From: Candidatus Heimdallarchaeota archaeon
GTDB lineage: Archaea; Asgardarchaeota; Heimdallarchaeia; Heimdallarchaeales; Heimdallarchaeaceae
Length of the DNA: 64,000 bases
NCBI GenBank assembly: GCA_021399345.1
Contig: JAAFKI010000175.1
Location: 35,233-99,232 of the forward strand
Direction of reading: 5' to 3'
Below are positions 52,557 through 62,730 of this stretch, piece by piece (positions within the stretch are counted from its first letter, which is position 1; every line of letters begins with the position of its first letter). A program made the position numbers and the translations under genes. The notes beneath the pieces were generated by a model. That model made no database searches and was not told the DNA's origin. It saw nothing but the letters and a program-made list of their open reading frames with translations.

Positions 52557-53972
52557 CTAATCATTTGTGTCAAAAAGAACAGCTATGGATGAGATTGTAT
52601 CACCAAGACCAACTAATTTCTGAGGATTTTTCACCAAAATTGTAGGTACCCCAACTAAGGAAAAGGAAGGTGTTTCTAGAATACCTGTTTCATATAAATT
52701 TCCTTTTACTTTAAATTGGGATTTTAAGTAAGAGTGGAGGTTTCTTAACTCATCAAAACCTTTAGAGGATAAATCTAATTCAACATCATATACGTCTTGA
52801 AATGATTCTATTGTACCTTTTTTAGCCTTTGAAGCGGCAAAATATGATGACATGATAAGAGCTTCTTTAGCACCCTCTGCTTCTTTATTGTTCATTATTG
52901 GAGACATCACAAGGAAATACCCTAGATAATGAAGATGTATTCTTAAGTGAGGATACTCAAGAAATAGTTCATGTAAATAGTGAAACAAAGTTGTGGAAGT
53001 ATATATGCCATCAGATTTTATTGCTTTTTGCTCCTCTTTTATAGAGGAAAATAGCAAAAGTTCTTGTTCATTTACACCAATTGAATTTACTAATGGAAAC
53101 AGATTTTCCTTAATATAGCTTCTTTTTTTAGCATTATAAGTAGATGCCAATTCCATATGAATAAACAAATTAGGATTAATTTTCTTCCATTCTTTAATCA
53201 TTTCTATTATAGGATCAAATATTTCTTCAAAGGAACTCAATTGCTCATTCGCTAAACAAAAGCCTGAGATTATTGCTAAAGAATACTCAATGACATAATT
53301 TGGACTAAATTCATGAAAACCTTTGTTAAACTTAACCAAACCATTAACTGTATCATAAGAAAAAATAAATCGATTATCTCTAGGACAGACAAATTTTAAC
53401 GAATTCAATTCATAATTACCAGCTTTAAACTCAAATATATAATGAGAAATGGGTTCATTATCTGTGAATTTCAATTTATTGATTTCACAAATTGTGTGTG
53501 AATTTCCTTCTTCAACAACAGTTAGAAGTGCAGGGTTTAATAATTTAGCAAATTGTGCGTCATATGTAGGTAGACTAAGCAAAACATTTCCAACTTCAAT
53601 ATTCTTGAATAAATTAGCAATTATCCCTGCTTGACCACCAATTTGAACATTCTCAATTTCAAAACTGTTTTCAATCCAATCTGCAATTTCTTCTGAAGTA
53701 ACTCCTACTTCAACAGCCTTTCCATTCATCATAGAATCCATAAGATAAAGGAAGAAATCCTCAATTGAATTAACTCTAGAAGGAAGTCTTAATTTACCAT
53801 TCTTCAATTTTAGATCAATTCCATCAGGTAATTTCCAATCTATCGATTCTGGTGTGATTTCAACAATTTTGTCAATATTGACATTGAAACCAATAATTGT
53901 ATTCCTGTCTTTTATAGATTTCTTGGATGCTTGTTCCAATGTCTTAGAATATGCTTCATACCAGCTTATCAT
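52557..53972 (-). CDS. ADP-dependent glucokinase/phosphofructokinase
   Basis: GFNVNID, GGQAGIIAN, HYIFEF, PRDNRFI, H.E.AS, S.G.NE.EL, VGLGDTISS. Confidence 0.93.
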   Translation of the reverse strand: MISWYEAYSKTLEQASKKSIKDRNTIIGFNVNIDKIVEITPESIDWKLPDGIDLKLKNGKLRLPSRVNSIEDFFLYLMDSMMNGKAVEVGVTSEEIADWIENSFEIENVQIGGQAGIIANLFKNIEVGNVLLSLPTYDAQFAKLLNPALLTVVEEGNSHTICEINKLKFTDNEPISHYIFEFKAGNYELNSLKFVCPRDNRFIFSYDTVNGLVKFNKGFHEFSPNYVIEYSLAIISGFCLANEQLSSFEEIFDPIIEMIKEWKKINPNLFIHMELASTYNAKKRSYIKENLFPLVNSIGVNEQELLLFSSIKEEQKAIKSDGIYTSTTLFHYLHELFLEYPHLRIHLHYLGYFLVMSPIMNNKEAEGAKEALIMSSYFAASKAKKGTIESFQDVYDVELDLSSKGFDELRNLHSYLKSQFKVKGNLYETGILETPSFSLVGVPTILVKNPQKLVGLGDTISSIAVLFDTND

Positions 53973-54151
53973 TGTTGTATCTAATTAGACGATAGTCTTA
54001 TAAAGGATTTTTCCAAAAAAATATTGAGTGTGGTAACTTGGACTGGAAATAGCTTCTACTTGTTTTTACTCACAAAACTATGCAGTAGAGTATGGTCCAC
54101 TTCCATATAATCAAGCTTTTAATTATTGTATTTTATTTAAAAGGTGTAGCA

Positions 54152-55261
54152 ATGAATCAGAATATAGAATCTCATGTGATTGAAAAAAGAGAGGATTATG
54201 AGAAAATTCTTTCTGAATTTGGCATTTCTAAGATTGACAAGATACTTCCAAGAATAGGCACAGATAATCTCTTTTTCAGAAGAGGAGTTGTATTTGCACA
54301 TAGAGATTTTGGTAAAATCCTAGATAGGGTGGAACAAAAGAAATCTTTTGCAATAATCAGTGGAAGGGGGCCCTCTAATGATTTACATTTCGGTCATCTT
54401 ATATTGTACGATTTAATTAGACATTTACAAGATAAATATGAATGTAAATACTTCTTACCCTTTTCAGATGATGAAAAATATGTCTTTCGTAAAGTAAATT
54501 CATTAGAAGAAACATACAAACTGGCTATACAAAATGCAATTGACATCTTTGCTATAGGTTTTAAACCTGAGAATGTGAGCGCATATATTTCAAGCATGAC
54601 ACCAAGAATACATTATCTAGCACTAACGTTTTCTATAAATCAAACATTTAATGCAGTTAGAGCAGCACTTGGGTTAAGTGGAGAGGAAAATACAGGTGTT
54701 ATTAATTATACAAATATTCAAGCTGCACATATTCTTCATCCAACTACAGATTATGATTTACCGGTAGTTGTTCCTATTGGATTGGATCAGGATGTATTTA
54801 TAAGACTGACAAGAGATGTTGCAAGAAAGAGAAAAATCATACTTCCAGCGTCTTTATACATAAAATATCTCAAAGGATTAACTGGAGGACCAATGTCTTC
54901 ATCTGTTGAGGAAACCTGTGTTTTCCTAAGAGATGAACCAAAAACGATCAAGAAGAAAATCATGAATGCTCTTACAGGAGGAAGAACAACTATTAAGGAA
55001 CAAAGAGAACTAGGTGCCAATCCTGAAATATGCACAGTTTTTGATTGGTTCTCAAAATACTTCGTTGAAGATGATGATGAACTGGATAAGATTGAAGCAG
55101 GCTGCAGAGGCGGAGATCTAATCTGCGGACAAGATTGTAAACCAAATCTGATTGAAATGATTCTTAAATATCAAGAAGAGTATAACAGACGAAAAGAAGA
55201 AGTAATAAAAAATCTAGACAGATATTTCGAGCATGAAATTGATTTATCGGTAATTGAGTAA
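54152..55261 (+). CDS. trpS: tryptophanyl-tRNA synthetase (archaeal/eukaryotic type)
   Basis: RRG..FAHRD, GRGPS..LHFGH, DDEKY, G.DQD...RLTRD, MSSS, A.TGGR. Confidence 0.93.
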   Translation: MNQNIESHVIEKREDYEKILSEFGISKIDKILPRIGTDNLFFRRGVVFAHRDFGKILDRVEQKKSFAIISGRGPSNDLHFGHLILYDLIRHLQDKYECKYFLPFSDDEKYVFRKVNSLEETYKLAIQNAIDIFAIGFKPENVSAYISSMTPRIHYLALTFSINQTFNAVRAALGLSGEENTGVINYTNIQAAHILHPTTDYDLPVVVPIGLDQDVFIRLTRDVARKRKIILPASLYIKYLKGLTGGPMSSSVEETCVFLRDEPKTIKKKIMNALTGGRTTIKEQRELGANPEICTVFDWFSKYFVEDDDELDKIEAGCRGGDLICGQDCKPNLIEMILKYQEEYNRRKEEVIKNLDRYFEHEIDLSVIE

Positions 55262-56390
55262 GAGAGTGGTTTGTTTGTCAGAGCAAAGGTATAAAGGTAA
55301 CCCATTCAGAAGAGTCAGCTATATACCACCTATAGATGTGATTCTGTCAGTTGCTTTTAAACAAACCAAAAACCTTAGAATCAAGACATCAAAACGACGA
55401 ATTTCAAGAGAAGAAAAAATAGCAAACTTAGAAAGGGAAAGGATTTCTACTCTTGCAATGGTTATAACAGAAAAATTAGAACGGATTATTAATCAATTTC
55501 CATGGATTGAAAGCCTCCACCCATTTTATGGTGAAATTTGCGATCTGATGGGCAATATCGACAAAATAAGGAGAATTTTGGGTCGTTTGGGTGGTATTGA
55601 AAACCAGATAAAAGAATTAGAAAGAGACCATATTGCAAGATTAAAGGAAACAAAGCATCCTAACGATATGGCAGAAATTAGAAATCAATCAAATGGACGA
55701 ATGGCTTCTCTATTAAAAAAAGCCAAAGGTGATGTCAATTATCTGATTAGGGTCATTAAAAAACTCAAAACGGTTCCTGATTTCAATGTTAACTATCCAA
55801 CTGTTGTTATCGCAGGAGCTCCAAATGTAGGAAAATCTTCTTTGGTTATAGAAATATCTACCGGAAAACCTGAAGTTGGAGAATATCCTTTTACAACAAA
55901 GAAAATTATATTTGGCCATAGAGATATAGGAATGACCAACATACAAGTAGTGGATACACCTGGTCTTTTGGATAGACCATTTCGAGATAGAAATCTGATT
56001 GAACGACAGAGTATAATATCAATTAGACACATCTCTGACATTATTATTTTCATGTTTGACATCTCTAAGGATGCAACTATCTCACTTGAGGAACAATTCA
56101 ATCTTTTTGAAGATATTGAGAAAGAATTTCCTAATGTTTTGATTATACGAGTATTGAACAAAATAGATCTACTATCTGAAGAAGAAATAATTGAAGGTAA
56201 ACAAACCCTAAAAACACAATTTCAGATAACTATTAAGGATGTAAATTCCCTACAAGGATTAATAGAAGAAATAGAAGCCATTGTTAAAAACTCAGTATTG
56301 CAAACAGAGAAATTCAAGGAAATATTGAAACTAACAGTGTCAAAAGAATTTCTACAACCAGTAGAAGAAGAAATTAATTATGAGTTCTGA
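55254..56390 (+). CDS. Nog1-family ribosome biogenesis GTPase
   Basis: LHPFY, GAPNVGKSS, YPFTTK, DTPGLLDRP..RN.IE, NKID. Confidence 0.93.
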   Translation: MSKRVVCLSEQRYKGNPFRRVSYIPPIDVILSVAFKQTKNLRIKTSKRRISREEKIANLERERISTLAMVITEKLERIINQFPWIESLHPFYGEICDLMGNIDKIRRILGRLGGIENQIKELERDHIARLKETKHPNDMAEIRNQSNGRMASLLKKAKGDVNYLIRVIKKLKTVPDFNVNYPTVVIAGAPNVGKSSLVIEISTGKPEVGEYPFTTKKIIFGHRDIGMTNIQVVDTPGLLDRPFRDRNLIERQSIISIRHISDIIIFMFDISKDATISLEEQFNLFEDIEKEFPNVLIIRVLNKIDLLSEEEIIEGKQTLKTQFQITIKDVNSLQGLIEEIEAIVKNSVLQTEKFKEILKLTVSKEFLQPVEEEINYEF

Positions 56391-56469
56391 GACTATTTAT
56401 ATGGAAAAAAGTAAGTGGAAATGAATCAGCAATTAACTATATTACTGAATCACTGGTTTTTCTAGACTG

Positions 56470-57213
56470 TTAGACAAACATTCCTTTATCTGAATCCACA
56501 TCTGTTTCTTTCCTAGTTTTGCTTGCTTGCAATAAAGATTCAATTTCCTTTTCGATTCTTTCAGCTTCTTCTAGAAGCTCTTGAACGTTTATTTCAATAT
56601 TTAATACGCTATTTATTGCACTTACAGCAACACTTGCTGCTATTGGATCAGGCCTTGAACGTTCAGCGTATGGTAGAAGAGCAACTGTTGGAAAATCATT
56701 AAGTTCATAAAACATTAACATATATGCCAAAGGTCCTGTAACATATAATCCTTCATCTAAAATTGGAATCTCTACCTCGGGTCTTTTTTCCTTAAATGCT
56801 TGAGTATATATCGCTTTTATTTCATTTTCATCTTTTAATCTTCTATCTAATCCACCAATAAGAATTGATTGTTTGAATTTTTCATTTATAGACCATTCTA
56901 CTAAGGTCTTTGTAAAAGCTAAATGCTCAGATTTTATTGGTTCGAATATTGGTAAAACTACCACAAGGTCATCTTTTCTATATATCTCAAATGGAAAAGT
57001 AATTTTCTCATTTTTTATTGTTATAAATTGTGGAATATTGTTTGTAATTATGAAACCGATTCTTTCAGCTTTGAGGTTGTCAACAAGATGGCTCATTGAA
57101 ATAAAGCCGCACTCACCTATTCCATGCCAACCATTTAATAATGTGCAACCTTCAAAATTCTGAGGTTTTTTGAAAATAAATTCAATTTGCCCATAATCTT
57201 TCTTATCATCCAT
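56470..57213 (-). CDS. PAC2-family proteasome assembly chaperone
   Basis: G.HGIG..G, IGG, PDP.AA, L.EEAE.IE; C-terminal GMFV (HbYX-like). Confidence 0.87.
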   Translation of the reverse strand: MDDKKDYGQIEFIFKKPQNFEGCTLLNGWHGIGECGFISMSHLVDNLKAERIGFIITNNIPQFITIKNEKITFPFEIYRKDDLVVVLPIFEPIKSEHLAFTKTLVEWSINEKFKQSILIGGLDRRLKDENEIKAIYTQAFKEKRPEVEIPILDEGLYVTGPLAYMLMFYELNDFPTVALLPYAERSRPDPIAASVAVSAINSVLNIEINVQELLEEAERIEKEIESLLQASKTRKETDVDSDKGMFV

Positions 57214-57403
57214 GTTTAGTTATCTCCTGATTATCTAATTGGTATAGACTTTATAATGACTATTTTTGTACAGCAAGTTTGATGTGCTTAAATAGATTTG
57301 TCTTCCTTTGATATTGCTTATCTGATATTTAGAATCATATATTATACTTAAAACAAGTAAAATTAAATATATGATAAAATAAAAAATAAAAGAAAATGAG
57401 AGG

Positions 57404-58138
57404 TTATTTCTTACCTCTTCTTCTACCGCTTCTTTTTGCTGCTATCAAACCTACTTTTCTTCCAGGCTGTGCATGTCTTGAAACGGTTGTTGAACGTGGG
57501 GGACTTTGATGAGCACCACCACCATGTGGATGTGAAACTGCGTTCATTGCTACACCTCTTACTTTAGGATAGTAGTGGCCTTTAGCTTTTTTATGATGAT
57601 GCATGTTTCCAGCTTTAACAAAAGGTTTCTCTGTTCTTCCTCCTCCAGCAACAATTCCAATTGTAGCTCTGCATCTTTGGGGAATTTCCTTCATTTCTCC
57701 ACTTGGAAGCTGTACTGTAACTTTACCTTTATCGTGTCCTAAAATAGTTGCATATCCACCGCTTGCTCTTATTAAACGTCCACCATCTCCTGGTGTTAAT
57801 TCAATATTGAAAACTGGAGACCCATCAGGAATAGCTTGCAAAGGCATTGTGTTACCTAGTTGAACTGCTGCTCCTGTTCCATATTCGATTTTTTGTCCTA
57901 CTCGAATACCTTCAGAAGGCAGTATAATCTTCTTGAGTCCATCATCAAAGAGTACTTTAGCTACAGGAGCCCCTCTTCCAGGATCATGAACAATATTTTT
58001 AACAAATCCAGTAATCTTTCCTGAATATTCGATTTTTGCCACTTTTCTGTATTTTACACTACCTTTTTTCTTATGAGAAGCTGCTCTGAACTGTGATGTT
58101 CCTCTTCCACGTCTCTGAACTAGTATTTTCTTACCCAT
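57404..58138 (-). CDS. rpl2: 50S ribosomal protein uL2
   Basis: QRRGRG, HDPGR.AP, VRGVAMN...HPHGGG, GRKVG.IAA. Confidence 0.98.
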   Translation of the reverse strand: MGKKILVQRRGRGTSQFRAASHKKKGSVKYRKVAKIEYSGKITGFVKNIVHDPGRGAPVAKVLFDDGLKKIILPSEGIRVGQKIEYGTGAAVQLGNTMPLQAIPDGSPVFNIELTPGDGGRLIRASGGYATILGHDKGKVTVQLPSGEMKEIPQRCRATIGIVAGGGRTEKPFVKAGNMHHHKKAKGHYYPKVRGVAMNAVSHPHGGGAHQSPPRSTTVSRHAQPGRKVGLIAAKRSGRRRGKK

Positions 58139-58150
58139 TCAAATCACCTT

Positions 58151-58411
58151 TTAAAATAATCCCATTCGTGATGCAATATCTGTAGCATCATCAAATTCAC
58201 TTAGTCTTACATACGCTTTCTTTGTTCCTTTGGGAGTTATTAATGTATTAACCTTCTCTACCTTAACGTTGTATAGTATTTCAATTGCTTCTTTAATTTG
58301 CTTTTTTGTAGCTCTGAGATCAACCCATAGAACTAATTTATTTTCTTTTTCAATTAGTTCAAAGTCTTTTTCTGAGATAAGTGGTTTCTTTATAATTTTG
58401 TACGGATCCAT
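58151..58411 (-). CDS. rpl23: 50S ribosomal protein uL23
   Basis: P..SEK, ENKL, KVNTLI.P.G.KKAY. Confidence 0.97.
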   Translation of the reverse strand: MDPYKIIKKPLISEKDFELIEKENKLVLWVDLRATKKQIKEAIEILYNVKVEKVNTLITPKGTKKAYVRLSEFDDATDIASRMGLF

Positions 58412-58417
58412 TTTTCA

Positions 58418-59203
58418 TCACCCAAAACGTTCTCCTAGAGATTTTATCGCATCCTCAGTCCAAATAGTAAGTCTTCCAGGATAAGTTCCTGGTGCTAACA
58501 TCTCTGTAGATAATTCCCTTACCGATATAACTGTGGTTCCTAGAATATTTCTGCCTGCTTTAGATAATGGACATTCTCTATCACCAACAACAATTAAAGG
58601 ACCGACAGGAACTTTATATTTTCTTCCTCTTCCTTTACCTTTTCCAGGGCGAACTTTCTTACCTATTTTAATTCTCATGAGTTCTAAAGACAAACCCAGA
58701 TTTCCCAAGAATCTAACAACATCTTGTGTTTTTTCTATAACCTCTGCTTTCGATTCTACAACGATTGGAAATTCCATTTTACCTTCAAATCTGTGTCCTC
58801 TATCACCCACTGCGGTTTTTGATGCTGTATAAGCTATAGCTGATTTAAGAGCAAGTAAGTGTTCTTTTCTATTTACTTTCTCTATAATCTTTTTCTCCGC
58901 TTTTGGAGGATGTGCTTTGTGGCCTCCTCTGGCTTGAGGAATAAATGCTGATCTTTGAGCACTATGTGTTCTAGAACCTTTAATACGTGGTACACGAGCT
59001 GCCCCTCTTCCAGGGCCCCAATTTTCAACAGCGACCATACGCCCAGCTAGAGGACTAACACCTTTAGGTTGTTTCTTCCAACTTTGTTCGGCTAAAACGG
59101 CACGTTTGATAACATCTGGACGAAATGTTGTGGTAAAAACTTCAGGGAGTTCTACTTTTTCACTCATTTTCTGTCCTTTGATTGAATATTTTGATACATT
59201 CAT
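58418..59203 (-). CDS. rpl4: 50S ribosomal protein uL4
   Basis: RPDVI.RAV, WG.GR..ARVPR, GKGK.RGR.Y, LAPG..PGRLT.WT. Confidence 0.97.
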   Translation of the reverse strand: MNVSKYSIKGQKMSEKVELPEVFTTTFRPDVIKRAVLAEQSWKKQPKGVSPLAGRMVAVENWGPGRGAARVPRIKGSRTHSAQRSAFIPQARGGHKAHPPKAEKKIIEKVNRKEHLLALKSAIAYTASKTAVGDRGHRFEGKMEFPIVVESKAEVIEKTQDVVRFLGNLGLSLELMRIKIGKKVRPGKGKGRGRKYKVPVGPLIVVGDRECPLSKAGRNILGTTVISVRELSTEMLAPGTYPGRLTIWTEDAIKSLGERFG

Positions 59204-59219
59204 TTTTATCGCCTCACAC

Positions 59220-60221
59220 CTAACCTTGTTGACTCCTTGTTGAGATATGCAGAATTTGTGGTTCTTTAATTGGCTGTGGAGCTTTTCTCATTGGTCCTCT
59301 AAGCATTACTGTTCGCTTTTTAGTTCCTGGTATTGATCCTTTCACTAAAACATAATTGTTTTTTACCACACCATATTTAACAAATCCACCTTTAGGTACT
59401 ATTTGTAATCCGTCAGATCCTATCTGCATTATTCGTTTGTTGTATTCAGTCCTCACATGGAACCCCATTTGTCCATATCTTGGAATAGTCCACATTGTTC
59501 TTGATGGTGTCCATGGTCCTATTGATCCAACACCACGTTTGGTGCCTTTGGACTTGTGTTGAAGTATTTTAACTCCATGTCTCTTTACTGGACCTTGGAA
59601 ACCCTTACCTTTGGTTACACCAATTGAATCAACAAATTCTCCTGCCTTAAACACATCTCTAATTAACAATTCTTTTCCAAGAAGAGAAAGACCGTATTCA
59701 AAACCTTCCTTTATATCGCCACATCCAATTTTGATTTCAGCTATTTGAGGTGTTTTCATTCCTATTCCAGTCAAGTAAGGTTGTGTATGAACAATCGCTC
59801 TTAACTCAACAATTTTTTCTAGTTTATCTTCCAACTTCTTCTTAGCTTTTTCAAAATCATATTCTTTTGGAGTCTTAAGTCTACGTTTTAGCTCTTCCTT
59901 GGTTTCAGTTGCTAAAAGATCAGCGGCAATCTTAAGACCATACGCTGATTTTTCGTAACCTCGTATTCCAAAAATTACGATAGGAGGTGTCTCGATACAT
60001 GTTATAGCTGCAGTTACTTCTCTATTCGCCAAGTGACTCCTTGGTCGATCTTCTATATATACGCAATGCGTCATCCCTGCTTTGATTCCGAGAAATCCCA
60101 ATAGTTTGGGAGCACCCTCGTATTCTTGCCATGCGCGAGGTGCAGGGATAATTCTTCTTGCTCTTACCCTTCGATATCCTAGTGATGATCGATGGGGAGC
60201 ACTTACCCTTCGATGCCCCAT
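59220..60221 (-). CDS. rpl3: 50S ribosomal protein uL3
   Basis: KAGMTH, ETPP, TKGKGFQGPVKR, GQMGFH.RTEYNK. Confidence 0.98.
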   Translation of the reverse strand: MGHRRVSAPHRSSLGYRRVRARRIIPAPRAWQEYEGAPKLLGFLGIKAGMTHCVYIEDRPRSHLANREVTAAITCIETPPIVIFGIRGYEKSAYGLKIAADLLATETKEELKRRLKTPKEYDFEKAKKKLEDKLEKIVELRAIVHTQPYLTGIGMKTPQIAEIKIGCGDIKEGFEYGLSLLGKELLIRDVFKAGEFVDSIGVTKGKGFQGPVKRHGVKILQHKSKGTKRGVGSIGPWTPSRTMWTIPRYGQMGFHVRTEYNKRIMQIGSDGLQIVPKGGFVKYGVVKNNYVLVKGSIPGTKKRTVMLRGPMRKAPQPIKEPQILHISTRSQQG

Positions 60222-60232
60222 ATTTATCACTT

Positions 60233-60330
60233 TATGATGCTAATTTTAATTTATTAACGTCTTATTTCTTATTCTTGCAGAACCTATGAACTGCGTTTTG
60301 ACGTCGTACTCCGACTTTATTAGCATCATA
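60233..60330 (-). promoter_or_regulatory. structured element upstream of rpl3, bounded by 12-bp perfect inverted repeats
   Basis: tatgatgctaat (60233-60244) / attagcatcata (60319-60330); internal stems acgtc/gacgt and gcag/ctgc. Confidence 0.55.
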
Positions 60331-60381
60331 TAAATATGTCGTTACGAAAGAAATTGAATGAAATAGTCATTTCAGTATAAA

Positions 60382-61419
60382 CTACAAATCTTCAACAGTT
60401 ATATGAAAACAATCTGATTTTCTTTCAATGTTAGTTTTTCTTTTTATAAACTTCTGAGCCAAGTCTATGTTGGTTCTAGTATGGCTTGAGATGGTAGGTA
60501 CAGATATTTCTGATTTTCCTTCAGTTAAAAACAATGGTACAATCAACTGATCTGCAGCATATTCATCAACAGCTGCAGAACCATGAGAATTTCTTTCCCA
60601 AATCTTTGCACACAATCCTGCAACCTGTTCAGCGGTTATTCTTCTTTCACCTGGAATAAAACACCCAATTCTACTACCTGAAGAATAAATTCCAACAACT
60701 GTCAATCCTGAACCAGGATTTAGAGATTTAACATAGTTGATATGTCTATTTACATCAACATTTAGTTCTATTTTTTTTGTGAAAACATCTGCTTGTCTTT
60801 CAGCAACTTGCCTTCCCTTCAATGATTGTGAAGCTATTGAAAAAATTTCAAGTTTTAGTAATTCCCCTTTTTCTGTTAAGTTTAGTGGGGAGAGCATATC
60901 ATGACCTTTAAACTGAAAAACGCATTTTGCTCCGCCCCTAGGATAAAAGCCATAGTGCATTGTATTTGTTTCTATTTTCTTATCCATTAATCCCATTAAT
61001 TCATGAGTAATGTGTTGAATATATTCCACTGAAGGTGCCCATTTACCATGAGTAGCACCACCAGTTATAGTTAATTCCAAATCTCGTTTTTGAGAAAAGG
61101 CATAGAATAAGACTGCTTGTGCAACTAAACCGATGCTTCCAGCTGTTCCAACTTTTACAAATGCTTTATCTGATTTTGCATTCTTCTTAGTTAAAACTAA
61201 TTCTTTGTCTCCAATATTTGAATCGACCGAAATAAATCCAGAAAATTGTTTAATTGCATTAATTGCTTCTATGTGTTGAGCTCTTAAACCAGGATTTGGT
61301 CTATTAGAACGAATGTTGAAAAGATTCAAATCAGTATCTGTAGCAGCTGCTAAAGCTGAAGATATTCTTATTATGGAGCCGCCACCTTCTCCAATGGAAC
61401 AATCTAAATTGAAAGTCAT
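60382..61419 (-). CDS. rtcA: RNA 3'-terminal phosphate cyclase
   Basis: GEGGG..IR, NIR..R..PGL..QH, TAGS, GG.T, GFYPRGG, DQL, SHTRTN catalytic His. Confidence 0.93.
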   Translation of the reverse strand: MTFNLDCSIGEGGGSIIRISSALAAATDTDLNLFNIRSNRPNPGLRAQHIEAINAIKQFSGFISVDSNIGDKELVLTKKNAKSDKAFVKVGTAGSIGLVAQAVLFYAFSQKRDLELTITGGATHGKWAPSVEYIQHITHELMGLMDKKIETNTMHYGFYPRGGAKCVFQFKGHDMLSPLNLTEKGELLKLEIFSIASQSLKGRQVAERQADVFTKKIELNVDVNRHINYVKSLNPGSGLTVVGIYSSGSRIGCFIPGERRITAEQVAGLCAKIWERNSHGSAAVDEYAADQLIVPLFLTEGKSEISVPTISSHTRTNIDLAQKFIKRKTNIERKSDCFHITVEDL

Positions 61420-61452
61420 CTTAAATTGTATAAGAAAGGAAAGAAAAAAAAT

Positions 61453-61857
61453 CTAACGGTAGGATTTTTGGAATCTTGATCGAGAACTTCTTCCACCAAA
61501 ATGTTTGGGCTCAGTTCTTCTTGGATCACCTGATACGATTGTTTTATCATAAACAGTAAATTTCTCTTTCATTGTTAAATCATCGAAATATTCTATCAAT
61601 CCTCTTGCAATAGCAGTTCGAATTGCTTCAGCTTGACCCATAAATCCCCCTCCTCTTACATTGACTTTTATGTCAATTGATTCTCGTACTTCCTCTCCTG
61701 CAATAATAAAAATCTCGCTAATCTTTATTCTTTTCAATTCATTTGGTAAGACTTCTAAAGGTACTCCATTAATTCTAATTCTGCCTTTGCCTTCTTTAAT
61801 GGTAGCTCGAGCAATAGCTGTTTTTCTTTTTCCTGAAGATACAATTACTTTACCCAT
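61453..61857 (-). CDS. rps9: 30S ribosomal protein uS9
   Basis: GKRKTAIARA, GGG..GQAEA.R.AIAR, DPRRTEPK, QKSYR. Confidence 0.98.
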   Translation of the reverse strand: MGKVIVSSGKRKTAIARATIKEGKGRIRINGVPLEVLPNELKRIKISEIFIIAGEEVRESIDIKVNVRGGGFMGQAEAIRTAIARGLIEYFDDLTMKEKFTVYDKTIVSGDPRRTEPKHFGGRSSRSRFQKSYR

Positions 61858-61870
61858 ATTCATCACCTAT

Positions 61871-62341
61871 TTATTCATTCCACCCAAATTCTTTACATAA
61901 TTCACCAATGGTTATTTTCTTGCATGTTAGTTTGCTTGCATCTGCAAACTTAGGTTTAACCATTTCACTATTAGTAAACTCTTCTGGAACTCCAATATAT
62001 GTTAGTAATCTATGATATGCTTGCCTTCCCCTACTTTTCTTCCAAGGCAACATACCTCTAACTGTTCTCCTAACCAAACGATCTGGTCTTTTTGGGTGAA
62101 ATGGACCACGTCTAGGATTAGTATGTGTATGTATCTGTTGCATATCTCTATATTCTCTTAAAATTGAATGCTTTTTACCAGAAATAACAGCTTTTTCACA
62201 ATTTAGTATATTTACAGTATAACCTTCCAGCAAATATTTGGCTACTTCTGTAGATAATCTTCCCAAAATCGCATTATCTGCATCAATATTAATTTTTGTA
62301 ACTGAAATTTGAGTTCCAGTTGTTGTTGTGTTTTTTGCCAT
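61871..62341 (-). CDS. rpl13: 50S ribosomal protein uL13
   Basis: IDA....LGRL, N.EK..ISG, GPFHP..P...RTVRGMLP. Confidence 0.97.
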   Translation of the reverse strand: MAKNTTTTGTQISVTKINIDADNAILGRLSTEVAKYLLEGYTVNILNCEKAVISGKKHSILREYRDMQQIHTHTNPRRGPFHPKRPDRLVRRTVRGMLPWKKSRGRQAYHRLLTYIGVPEEFTNSEMVKPKFADASKLTCKKITIGELCKEFGWNE

Positions 62342-62353
62342 TTTTCACACCAA

Positions 62354-62719
62354 TTATACTATAATCTTAATTTTACTAACCTCTTGTTTTGATTCCAACA
62401 ACTCATCAATGGTTATGTGTTTGCTTTTACTGGCTTTAATTTTCTCTTTTGCTCCCTCTGAGAATTTCAGAGCCGCAATTGTAACTTGATGGTTTAAGTT
62501 TCCGGCACTTAAAACAGAACCGGGAACAACGATTATATCATTTGCTTTAGAATAACGACTGATCTTACTGAGATTGACTGTAGCTCTCTTTCTTCGAGGT
62601 CTTTCTATTTTCTCTGCTACAGTTTTCCATAATGCTGCTTGTGTTTCTGCAGTTTTCTTTTTTAATTTATGAATAAGTTCAAGTACATTTGGATCAGTAG
62701 TTCCTGTTCTTCTAGGCAT
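62354..62719 (-). CDS. rpl18e: 50S ribosomal protein eL18
   Basis: W..VA....RPRR....VNLSKI, VVPG.VL..G, AAL.FS. Confidence 0.97.
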   Translation of the reverse strand: MPRRTGTTDPNVLELIHKLKKKTAETQAALWKTVAEKIERPRRKRATVNLSKISRYSKANDIIVVPGSVLSAGNLNHQVTIAALKFSEGAKEKIKASKSKHITIDELLESKQEVSKIKIIV

Positions 62720-62730
62720 TTTAGTTCACC

